Part shown: piece by piece, positions 1 through 7,351 of the stretch
Position numbering within the stretch: position 1 is the first letter of the stretch
How the letters are laid out: each line of letters begins with the position of its first letter
Translations under genes and position numbers: made by a program
Notes under the pieces: model-generated
Database searches by the model: none
Seen by the model: the letters and a program-made list of their open reading frames with translations, nothing else
Told to the model about the DNA's origin: nothing
Assembly: GCA_018304635.1 (NCBI GenBank)
Contig: JAGVVW010000002.1
Span: 1-56,175, forward strand
Length of the DNA: 56,175 nucleotides
Source: Candidatus Aenigmatarchaeota archaeon
GTDB taxonomy: Archaea; Aenigmatarchaeota; Aenigmatarchaeia; GW2011-AR5; JACRMX01
Direction of reading: 5' to 3'

Positions 1-687
1 AATATCAGCTAACACGCCATTGTCCCCGCCGATTTCCCGCACCCAGTTCACAATCTCCTGACCTCTGCCTGTTTTGATAAGATTTTCAAATGCCTGCTGA
101 GTGGTGATTGGAATTGTAGCGTAACCACGATGCTCAAGATATTGAGACCATGTAGTTATCTGCGGATCATAACGACCTTGATTTATTGCAACTATAGCTC
201 TACCATATTCTTTTTCAAATTCTGTTCTGGTAGGAACCCTTCCAAGATCTTCATTCATTTTATCAAAAACTTCATCTATTTTTTCAGGTGTCCATGTCTG
301 ATGATTTAGTTCATAGCCTCTATGTTTTAAGTACTGGTTCCATGTAGTTATCTGCGGATCATAACGACCTTGATTTATTGCACGAAGGGCTCCTCCATAT
401 TTTTTTTCAAATTCTTTACAAATAAGATTTCTTCTCAACTCTTCCTGCATCTCATCAAAAACTTCATCTATTTTTTCAGGTGTCCATGCCTGTCGGTGTG
501 TTTCACAATTTCTGTGTTCTAAGTACTGGTTCCATGTAGTTATCTGCGGATCATAACGACCTTGATTTATTGCAACTATAGCTCTACCATATTTTTTAGA
601 AAAATTTCTAAGAGTAGGAACCCTTTCAAGCTCTTCATTCATTTTATCAAAAACTTCATCTATTTTTTCAGCTGTCCACTTAACCAT
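1..687 (-). CDS. Partial CDS (3' end leaves the window): tandem 64-aa repeat protein; units resemble homing-endonuclease-associated helical repeats
   Basis: Absent from the ORF track because there is no stop inside the window. The reverse complement is open from ATG (687-685) to position 1, 229 codons: MVKWTAEKIDEVFDKMNEELERVPTLRNFSKKYGRAIVAINQGRYDPQITTWNQYLEHR... It has three consecutive 64-aa units with pattern WTxEKIDEVFDxM..LGRVPT..EF..YG..AINQGRYDPQITTW.QYL.HRGY. The ATG lies 2 nt after the TGA (692-690) of the SNF2 gene. Confidence 0.7.
   Translation of the reverse strand, partial: MVKWTAEKIDEVFDKMNEELERVPTLRNFSKKYGRAIVAINQGRYDPQITTWNQYLEHRNCETHRQAWTPEKIDEVFDEMQEELRRNLICKEFEKKYGGALRAINQGRYDPQITTWNQYLKHRGYELNHQTWTPEKIDEVFDKMNEDLGRVPTRTEFEKEYGRAIVAINQGRYDPQITTWSQYLEHRGYATIPITTQQAFENLIKTGRGQEIVNWVREIGGDNGVLADI
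103..678 (-). repeat. Three in-frame tandem 192-bp (64-codon) coding repeats
   Basis: The core ccatgtagttatctgcggatcataacgaccttgatttattgca recurs exactly at 148, 340 and 532 (period 192). The units at 148 and 532 stay identical for about 60 nt. A second block (aaaaacttcatctattttttcag) also recurs once per period. Confidence 0.9.
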
Positions 688-689
688 CT

Positions 690-3425
690 TCACCACTTTC
701 CAACAGGTCTTAATACAATATCTTCAGCTATGCCATTTGTCGCGTGTTTGTCTTTTTTGTAAATAATTACCTTTTCATATCCAAGTCTTGAAAGAATATC
801 ATCTGGAATATTTTTTGAGCCGTGTTCTCTTGCTAATTGCTCTAGTCTTTTTATGTTGTATGACGCAATAGCTGAGTGTAAAGTTCTTGTATGAACTGTT
901 TCAGGCTCATAAAATGCAAATTCCTTACATATTTGAGGCTCAACCATGGGGTATGTATTGGTTTTCGTACCTTTTTTCCCTTTTGCTTTACGTTCTTCAT
1001 CAATGGCAAATTTGAATGCATTACTGTCAGGTTTCCCGGATGGCTCTATTGCTTTGGCAACTGTAACATGAACCCTGTAATCAGAAGTTTCGGGATTTCC
1101 GTATTCATCTTCAGCATAAGTTGCCATTACAAATCCAGACATTTCCGGAATAACCTCCCATCCTGTGGTTCTCATACCATCAAAGTATCTTCTCTCGTTT
1201 TCTATTACACCTTCAGGTTCTATTGCTATTAAGTACGCGCCATCTTTCGCAACTCTTCTGGCTTCTATAAAACCACGTTCCCTTTCCTGTATTTTGCCTT
1301 TTTTTTTGTCAATGTATTCAAAAGCCAGCTGATGCGGCCCAAGAGAGAATAAAACTAGGTCATATAATCCGTTTCTCAGAGGCATTTCTGCAGCATTTGA
1401 TTGCATATAATTATTAACAGGAATGTTGGAATCATTCTTGCCTTCATTAAGCATATGATAGCATATATCAACAACATCTGTTTCTCTGCCTGTTTGTGTA
1501 GAGAGAACTCCAAATGCTCCGCACATATCAAGCATTTTCCCATCTATTCCAAGCTGCTGGATAATCTGACCATACAACCTTGCAGTCTGTGCTGAATAGG
1601 AATAGTTCCATTCCTTTGAATGAAAATATCCTGCAAGTTCCTGCGAGATTTTTTCATTACTTCTAGTTAGCATTCGCAATGTATCGCCTGCATTCAGACC
1701 ACTCATTCTCAAAAACAATCGCCTGGACATCTGGTTGTCTGTATACATTCTCTTTTCAATATCTTCTAACTTGTAGTATTCACCTTCTCCCAGACCAAAT
1801 GCTTCAGCAACATCTTCGGTCATTTTTTCACCGTGTTCCATAAAATCTATTCCGAGCTCTTTTTTCCCAAGAAGCTTGAAAACACCAGTATCAACCAGGC
1901 TTTCATCCGAAGCAATTAAGTATAAGAATTCCACATTTTCTGTCTGGCCTCTCCTGTGTAATCTTCCCGGCATCTGCCTCCATACACGTGGCGTATATGG
2001 TATATCCAGAGCAATTCCGCACTGTCCTGCTGTAAGGCCTATACCCTCTCCTGCCACTTGTGTTGTTCCTATAAATACCATTACATTCGGATCTTCATTG
2101 AATTTTCTTATCAGATAAGCACGCTGCCATATTCTTTCATTGCCATTCCACTCCATTTCTTTTGTTGCATCTACGGTCCCATCCATAACTACAGGATTAT
2201 ATTCTCTGAACAAGATTTTGAGATAATCAGTAACACCTCTCCTGAGAAGAGGTGAAAATATTACACATTTTTTTCCATGAGTAATTCTTTCATTAACTAT
2301 TTTTTTCAATTCTCTGAGCCTTGCAGAATATGTAAGCCTTGTATCACCTGTTACTAACAATCTGTATTCATCTTCTGTAATTCCTCCAGTATCAAGCCAT
2401 TTGTATGCAATTATTTCATCACTAGCATCTCTCTGGATCTTAAGCAATCGTTCTTTCACTGAAGCATTTTCTATATAATCAGGATTTACAAGTGTTGGGT
2501 CAAGTAAAGCTTTCCGCAGCTGAAGAAGTTTTTCATGACCTTCTAATTCATTATTTTCAAACAAAGCCCTGTATATATCACGCTGAAATCCATCTATATC
2601 TACCTTAACAGGACACGGCTTTGGTCTTGGTGGCAGGTCTTTAACAACATCTTCCTTTAATCTCTTTAGCCGTCTTCTTCTGAACACAGCTCTGACAATA
2701 TCTGGTTTATCCCAATAAGCATATGCAACTGCTTTTGGGTCAGGATATATAAATTCGCCATTTCCATTTATTTCGAGCAAAGATATGGTTCTAAACACAT
2801 CCATTATAGTATTGGGTATATCTGTTCCTGTAAGCATCGCAAGATATTCACTGCGTCTCGCAACTTTATCCACATTATTAGCCTGAAGTCCTGATAAACT
2901 TTTTATGTTATGCGATTCATCTAAAATAGTTAACCTGTAATCAATCCCGGATAGTCTGGATATTATTCTACCAGCAATGTCTCTTCTTCCAAAAACATCA
3001 TAATTAAATATGATAATACCTGAATTCGGTAATGATGCCAATGCTTCATCTGTATAATCATTTAAATTCCATACACGTGGTGGATTTTCACAGTATGTGT
3101 TAATCTCATCAACCCAGTGCTGTTTCACAGTATTTGGACAAATTATTACAGCTTTTGTATTAGGATTTCTATTCCTCAGTTCCTGATACACTCCAATTCC
3201 CTGAAGTGTTTTGCCTGTGCCAACTTCGTCAGCTATTAACCCGCGTTTATTTCTTATTATATGCTTAATGCCCGCTACCTGAAAAAATGCTGGGAAATAA
3301 ATATCATCGTGTTCTTTCATTCTCTCTGCAGTTATTCCATCAATTCCCTTTTCATGTATATCAAACAGGTTTTCAAATTCTTCCAATAGTTCATTCATAA
3401 TACCTTTTGCTAAATCTTCTGACAT
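690..3425 (-). CDS. SNF2/Rad54-family helicase fused to a C-terminal class I SAM-methyltransferase-like domain
   Basis: 911-aa ORF. Helicase motifs: I LIADEVGTGKT, II ILDESHNIK, III MLTGTDIPN, VI GRLHRRGQ. The C-terminal third has Rossmann MTase-like motifs: LDMCGAFG (motif I), VVDIC (II), YDLVLFSL (IV) and AKDGAYLIAIEP. No (D/N)PPY amino-MTase motif was seen. Confidence 0.8.
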   Translation of the reverse strand: MSEDLAKGIMNELLEEFENLFDIHEKGIDGITAERMKEHDDIYFPAFFQVAGIKHIIRNKRGLIADEVGTGKTLQGIGVYQELRNRNPNTKAVIICPNTVKQHWVDEINTYCENPPRVWNLNDYTDEALASLPNSGIIIFNYDVFGRRDIAGRIISRLSGIDYRLTILDESHNIKSLSGLQANNVDKVARRSEYLAMLTGTDIPNTIMDVFRTISLLEINGNGEFIYPDPKAVAYAYWDKPDIVRAVFRRRRLKRLKEDVVKDLPPRPKPCPVKVDIDGFQRDIYRALFENNELEGHEKLLQLRKALLDPTLVNPDYIENASVKERLLKIQRDASDEIIAYKWLDTGGITEDEYRLLVTGDTRLTYSARLRELKKIVNERITHGKKCVIFSPLLRRGVTDYLKILFREYNPVVMDGTVDATKEMEWNGNERIWQRAYLIRKFNEDPNVMVFIGTTQVAGEGIGLTAGQCGIALDIPYTPRVWRQMPGRLHRRGQTENVEFLYLIASDESLVDTGVFKLLGKKELGIDFMEHGEKMTEDVAEAFGLGEGEYYKLEDIEKRMYTDNQMSRRLFLRMSGLNAGDTLRMLTRSNEKISQELAGYFHSKEWNYSYSAQTARLYGQIIQQLGIDGKMLDMCGAFGVLSTQTGRETDVVDICYHMLNEGKNDSNIPVNNYMQSNAAEMPLRNGLYDLVLFSLGPHQLAFEYIDKKKGKIQERERGFIEARRVAKDGAYLIAIEPEGVIENERRYFDGMRTTGWEVIPEMSGFVMATYAEDEYGNPETSDYRVHVTVAKAIEPSGKPDSNAFKFAIDEERKAKGKKGTKTNTYPMVEPQICKEFAFYEPETVHTRTLHSAIASYNIKRLEQLAREHGSKNIPDDILSRLGYEKVIIYKKDKHATNGIAEDIVLRPVGKW

Positions 3426-3572
3426 CTAAATCACTCATACACCATTAACAGAAATAATATCTATAGAAAGGTTTAAATACTTTTGAGTAGTTAAAAAAAT
3501 GAAGGATGGGAAGTATCAAGTTCGCAATGAAATCGATCCGTCATTGGGATATAACGTCCCGGCAAAAATGGT

Positions 3573-4001
3573 TTATTTTATCTCAATCTTCTTCACTTTC
3601 TTCATTTCTTTCTTCGGAACAATGACTTCAAGAACTCCGTTTTTATACGATGCCTTTGACTGCTCTGGAACCACTTTACACGGCAGGCTCATTGTTTTGT
3701 AAAACCTACCAGCCCGTTGTTCCATACTGAAATAATTCTTTTTTTCAACTCGCTTCTCAGCTTTTTGCTCCGCATTTATCTCGATAGTGTCATCAGTTAG
3801 TTTCAGCTGAATATCTTCTTTATTCATGCCGGGCATCTCAAACCTGATTTCTAGGTTTTTTTCTGTTTCTTTTATACTTGTAAAAGGCAGCCTCAAATTT
3901 CCTAAGTCTGAAAAATTCACAGAACTGAAAATTTTATTTATCTCGTCCTGAAACCGCTTCACATCATCAGCCATAAAAACACCCCACAATTTAAATTTCA
4001 C
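3573..4001 (-). CDS. hsp20: Small heat shock protein, Hsp20/alpha-crystallin family
   Basis: Alpha-crystallin domain pattern LEIRFEMPGMNKEDIQLKL...RAGRFYKTMSLP...ASYKNGVLEVIVPKK. The ORF-track start at 4001 is GTG. The ATG at 3974 (MADDVKRF) is a more likely start. Confidence 0.85.
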   Translation of the reverse strand: MKFKLWGVFMADDVKRFQDEINKIFSSVNFSDLGNLRLPFTSIKETEKNLEIRFEMPGMNKEDIQLKLTDDTIEINAEQKAEKRVEKKNYFSMEQRAGRFYKTMSLPCKVVPEQSKASYKNGVLEVIVPKKEMKKVKKIEIK

Positions 4002-4216
4002 ATAGTATACTTTATTTACAATTATAATACGCTAAAATTTAAAGTTTTGAATCAGAATTATCTGTGGAGAATCCACCTGACCATTGCCCGCATTTATAAT
4101 CAATTTATAGCACTGCCTGTACTCATCATCAATAGCCTTGAGTTGAACAGTTATTATCAAGGTATCCAAAAAATGGCGATCCATCATGATTTTAAAACAG
4201 CCATTTCAGTATGTAT

Positions 4217-4624
4217 TTATTCACCAACAGATTCTGGTTTTTTCTGTACAACAGCAGATACTGGAACAAGAGCTTTCTCGCGATGAACTTTTGCAAATTC
4301 AGGGCATATGATAACCCATTCATCAGAAACACCTGCAATATCGCCATTTATGGCAAGGCAGGTCTTTCTTATCCTTTCAATTGCCCTCTTGAGCTCAGTC
4401 ATGTCTTTTTCCTTAAGTCCTTTTATTCCCACAAGAAGAATATTTCCCTCTCTTAGCTTGCGCTGAATTCTGTCAGAATCTGAATAGCTTTCAAGTTTCT
4501 CAACCTGAATTGTTACTTTATTTGCAGAGCTTACAGGCTCAGTCGTACCCAGATCCAGTTCAACATATTCCTCTTCCTTTGAGCTGGAATCAGAAAACTT
4601 TCCAAAAATATTTTTCAGACCCAT
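4217..4624 (-). CDS. sepF: Archaeal SepF-like cell division protein (DUF552)
   Basis: 135 aa. It has an unstructured acidic N-terminus, then VEKLESYSDSDRIQRKLREGNILLVGIKGLKEKDMTELKRAIERIRKTCLAINGDIAGVSDEWVIICP. This matches the SepF core pattern (G-x-IVLV...L.R.ID.L......GGDI..I....L.TP). Confidence 0.75.
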   Translation of the reverse strand: MGLKNIFGKFSDSSSKEEEYVELDLGTTEPVSSANKVTIQVEKLESYSDSDRIQRKLREGNILLVGIKGLKEKDMTELKRAIERIRKTCLAINGDIAGVSDEWVIICPEFAKVHREKALVPVSAVVQKKPESVGE

Positions 4625-4667
4625 AAAATCACTACTATTAATTATATGCTAAGATTTAAATATAGGA

Positions 4668-4779
4668 GACAACCTAACGGTTTTCTCCCTATTACCCTCT
4701 TTCCCTTTTGAAGTTTGTGAAAACGGATTTTGGACAACCTAACGGTTTTCTCCCTATTACCCTCTTCTATTACCCTCTT
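4668..4779. repeat. 34-nt direct repeat x2 separated by 31 nt, followed by a 13-nt partial third copy
   Basis: gacaacctaacggttttctccctattaccctctt occurs at 4668-4701 and 4733-4766, exact. Its last 13 nt (ctattaccctctt) repeat again at 4767-4779. The related accctctttccctt.ttgaa occurs at about 4694 and about 4853. The region lies in the spacer upstream of sepF and downstream of UPF0147. Confidence 0.8.
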
Positions 4780-4879
4780 CAGGAATTTATATATATGATG
4801 TTTGTGTATTTCGTCTAATCAAATACCCCATGAATATTATTTTATTTATTGTAACCCTCTTTCCCTTCTTGAAAGAAGC

Positions 4880-5143
4880 TCATTTATGGTATCGTTGCAT
4901 TGCTTCCATTGATTCCAGCATAGAAACAATATTCCATACTTGTGTTCTGGTGTATATAGGAATGTTGGAGTCGTTCGAGACCTCGTCTAATATAGATACA
5001 CTGGTGCTTATTTTTATATTGTCTTCTACATTAGATTTGCGCAGTGTTTCTATAACTGTCTGAATAAGCTCGCGGACATTTTTCGGAACAGTTCTATCAT
5101 TCTGAATTTCATTCAACATTTGACTAATAACATCTACATTCAT
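4880..5143 (-). CDS. UPF0147-family small archaeal protein
   Basis: 87 aa. Contains DRTVPKNVRELIQ...ILDEVSNDSNIPIYTRTQVWNIVSMLE, which matches my recollection of the conserved UPF0147 pattern (TVPRNIRR...ILDEISNDPNMP.HTRT.IW...S.LE). Confidence 0.65.
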   Translation of the reverse strand: MNVDVISQMLNEIQNDRTVPKNVRELIQTVIETLRKSNVEDNIKISTSVSILDEVSNDSNIPIYTRTQVWNIVSMLESMEAMQRYHK

Positions 5144-5204
5144 AATTTATCGCCACTCAAGTTTATAATTTATCGCCACCCAAGTTTATAATTTATCGCC
5201 CACC
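5142..5204 (-). repeat. 23-nt tandem repeat x3 abutting the UPF0147 start codon; each junction forms an A/T-rich TATA-like box
   Basis: On the plus strand, ataatttatcgccac starts at 5142, 5165 and 5188 (period 23). On the minus strand the unit is AAACTTG(A/G)GTGGCGATAAATTAT. The unit nearest the gene supplies AT of the ATG. The junction ATAAATTATAAA sits about 19-30 nt upstream of the ATG. Confidence 0.85.
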
Positions 5205-5289
5205 ACCAATCATTCATATATCACTAATCTATCTATATTTCTCCTTTCACTTACTCTGCCTTATACTCTTTTTTCATGCCCCTTCAAAT

Positions 5290-5628
5290 TTACCCATTGT
5301 CTGGCAACATTGATTTGAGTGATTTCTGATTGCTTTCCATTCTTTTTTTTACTATTGATTCCTGTTTTTCAATTGTTTTTATTCTGAGTTCAGCCTCTTC
5401 TTTTTGTTCTTCCAAACTTTTTTCAATATCATTTTTATCAGTTTTTATAAGCACAGGACCGAGGGTTTTGAAAATTTCAGTGCTTTCATTTTTCTTTAGC
5501 TCCATCAGAGCAGAATCAATTTCACGGATTTGAATTTCCAGTGTCTGTTTTTGAATCATCAGTGTTTGGATTTGCTGATTTTGCAGCTGTAGTTGTGCAG
5601 CCAATTCCTGCAATTCTTTATTATCCAT
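5290..5628 (-). CDS. pfdB: Prefoldin beta subunit
   Basis: 112 aa, two coiled-coil arms flanking a beta-hairpin region: LQNQQIQTLMIQKQTLEIQIREIDSALMEL...IFKTLGPVLIKTDKNDIEKSLEEQKEEAELRIKTIEKQE. Its position next to rpoP/rpl37ae is the conserved archaeal arrangement. Confidence 0.8.
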   Translation of the reverse strand: MDNKELQELAAQLQLQNQQIQTLMIQKQTLEIQIREIDSALMELKKNESTEIFKTLGPVLIKTDKNDIEKSLEEQKEEAELRIKTIEKQESIVKKRMESNQKSLKSMLPDNG

Positions 5629-5712
5629 ACAAGACCACCTTTTAACCCTTTTTACTAAAATATTACTCTACTTTTAAAACTTCAACTTGTCTTTCAGTCA
5701 TGGTTTTCAGCT

Positions 5713-5856
5713 TTACAGTGCCTTAACTCTTTTTCGGAATTCAGATCTGGATTTTACAAGTATTCTGTAACCACAATAATGGCATCTTATCGGATCATTC
5801 GGATCCAGGTCAACCTCGGTTTTACATTTAATGCATCTGTGCAACACACTCAACAC
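5713..5856 (-). CDS. rpoP: DNA-directed RNA polymerase subunit P (Rpo12)
   Basis: Too short for the ORF track. The minus-strand translation from GTG (5856) is (M)LSVLHRCIKCKTEVDLDPNDPIRCHYCGYRILVKSRSEFRKRVKAL*. It has the CxxC...CxxCGxRIL.K zinc-ribbon signature of RpoP. The start codon is uncertain (GTG/TTG options at 5856, 5853, 5847, 5844). Confidence 0.7.
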   Translation of the reverse strand: MLSVLHRCIKCKTEVDLDPNDPIRCHYCGYRILVKSRSEFRKRVKAL

Positions 5857-6076
5857 CCACTAACCTTTCTTTTGTAAAAGAAAGTTTAAGTTCACCAAAG
5901 AAAACAATTTGGCAACTCGATCGCATATTATTTTCTTTGTTAGCCTCTTCTTTGTCAGTTCTTGTTTTCTGTCTTCCATTTCTGGTTTTCGGCATATTAT
6001 TTGTTTTATTTATCAGCTTCCTTTTAAAACTTTTCTTTTAATCAAATACCCCATGATAAATCATAGGGTATGCATT

Positions 6077-6133
6077 TGCTCAAAGAACCAAAGGTTCTTT
6101 GGCATGTCAGAAAGCGAAGCTTTCTGAACATCA
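6077..6133. repeat. Twin-hairpin element, copy A (57 nt)
   Basis: Sequence tgctCAAAGAACCaaaGGTTCTTTGgcatgTCAGAAAGCgaaGCTTTCTGAacatca. It forms two perfect 9-bp stems with 3-nt loops (6081-6101 and 6107-6127). About 53 of 57 nt are identical to 12526-12582 in the same orientation. Confidence 0.85.
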
Positions 6134-6278
6134 CATTCAAAGTTTTTGAATCCATCCACGTCTTTGAAAACATTAAAATACATGGTATTTTGAATGTAAA
6201 ATAAAAATTTATTCGGTCTCCAATTTCACCACATTATCTTCTTTGTTATCTTTCCTGTCAGGCTTTTTTTCCAATTTA

Positions 6279-6476
6279 TTATTTCACATTGAATTTATAA
6301 GCTCCAGATGCATATCGGGACTTACATTTTTTGCACTCCCATATACCTGCAGCTAATTTCTTGACACGTTTTCGTGAACATGATGGGCATTTGTAAGAAG
6401 ATCGCGCCATATTTTGAATTTTTCTTACTTCTTCATTTATTCGTTTTCCATAACGCGAACCCATAGTTACCACCAA
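6279..6476 (-). CDS. rpl37ae: 50S ribosomal protein L37Ae (eL43)
   Basis: GSRYGKRINEEVRKIQNMARSSYKCPSCSRKRVKKLAAGIWECKKCKSRYASGAYKF, the C4 zinc-ribbon of eL43. The ORF-track start is TTG at 6476. The ATG at 6464 (MGSRYG) is more likely. Confidence 0.9.
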   Translation of the reverse strand: MVVTMGSRYGKRINEEVRKIQNMARSSYKCPSCSRKRVKKLAAGIWECKKCKSRYASGAYKFNVK

Positions 6477-6509
6477 GTTGTATTTAGTATTATAGTATAA
6501 AAATAAGTT

Positions 6510-7295
6510 ATGCAGCTACATATATTTAAGCTTAAGAAGATTGACTTTTTCTTATTTAGTATGCTTCGGTTAATTGGAACAGGCTTAAGCTATCTTGACC
6601 TTACGTTGAGAGCAATAACCAGGATTCAGGAAGCTGATGAAGTTTACATGGACGTTTATACAAACAGAATAAAAGACCTGGATTTAATAGAAAAAACTGT
6701 TAACAGGAAAATTAAAAAATTAGGCAGAAAACAAGTAGAATCTGATTTTTTGCTTCAAAAAGCCCTGAAAAACGATGTTGTTCTGTTAGTCTCAGGCGAT
6801 CCGCTTTCAGCTACAACACATGTAACATTTTTGCTTGAAGCTAAAAAAATGGGTATAAAAACAGAAGTTATTCATGCTGTTTCAATATTTACAGCTGTTG
6901 CTGAATGCGGACTGTCGTTATATAAATTCGGGAGAACAACAACACTTGCTTATCCAGAAGTTGATTACAGACCAACATCACCTATAGATGTGATTAAGCA
7001 GAACCAAAAATCAGGATTGCATACATTACTGCTCTTGGATATTGAAGCCGATGAAAAAAGGTTCATGACAACAAAAGAAGGTGCTGACATCCTTAAACAA
7101 CATGGAATTAAAGACAAAATCATTGCATGTTGCAATGCGGGTACAAATGAAAGGAAATTTGTCTATGGTAGTATTGAAAAAATAGCTAAATCTGGACTAG
7201 AAGATACGCCCGCGTGCATTATAATTCCAGGAGAAATTAGTGAATACGAAAGAGAAGCTATTGAAAAGCTGTGCACTACTAACGAGACAAGATAG
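6510..7295 (+). CDS. dph5: Diphthine synthase
   Basis: MLRLIGTGLSYLDLTLRAITRIQEADEVYMDVYTN...VLLVSGDPLSATTH, the tetrapyrrole-methylase fold typical of Dph5. The likely true start is ATG 6561, because the first 17 ORF-track codons look non-native. Confidence 0.85.
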   Translation: MQLHIFKLKKIDFFLFSMLRLIGTGLSYLDLTLRAITRIQEADEVYMDVYTNRIKDLDLIEKTVNRKIKKLGRKQVESDFLLQKALKNDVVLLVSGDPLSATTHVTFLLEAKKMGIKTEVIHAVSIFTAVAECGLSLYKFGRTTTLAYPEVDYRPTSPIDVIKQNQKSGLHTLLLLDIEADEKRFMTTKEGADILKQHGIKDKIIACCNAGTNERKFVYGSIEKIAKSGLEDTPACIIIPGEISEYEREAIEKLCTTNETR

Positions 7296-7351
7296 TATGT
7301 AATGACATTATCATGTCTCCACTGCTGCAAACCCATAGTTACGATATTAAG

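Noticed and set aside
1-110. A visibly GC-richer stretch at the left edge, as a possible horizontally acquired boundary.
   Set aside because: It is only about 100 nt and lies inside a continuing ORF. It may just reflect a different protein domain (GRGQEIVNWVREIGGDNG). It is too short for a compositional inference.
3426-3572. A search for tRNA/rRNA or other canonical RNA genes in this and the other longer spacers (4002-4216, 5857-6278, 7296-7479, 12283-12641, 35395-35575, 49087-49349, 53078-53195).
   Set aside because: No cloverleaf-compatible acceptor/T-arm (GTTCRANYC) pattern and no rRNA-like conserved block was seen by eye. tRNAscan/Infernal would be needed to exclude them formally.
4032-4187. 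A 51-codon minus-strand ORF (MMDRHFLDTLIITVQLKAIDDEYRQCYKLIINAGNGQVDSPQIILIQNFKF*) between sepF and hsp20. A similar case is the 55-codon ORF at 5828-5995.
   Set aside because: No recognisable motif, no clear upstream signal, and a length compatible with chance in AT-rich sequence. Conservation data would be needed before calling them.
4668-4766. CRISPR-like geometry: a 34-nt repeat, a 31-nt spacer and a 34-nt repeat.
   Set aside because: There are only two full repeats. They are followed by partial internal duplications rather than further spacers. No cas genes are in the window, and the repeat lacks typical CRISPR termini. Local duplication or regulatory sites explain it better.
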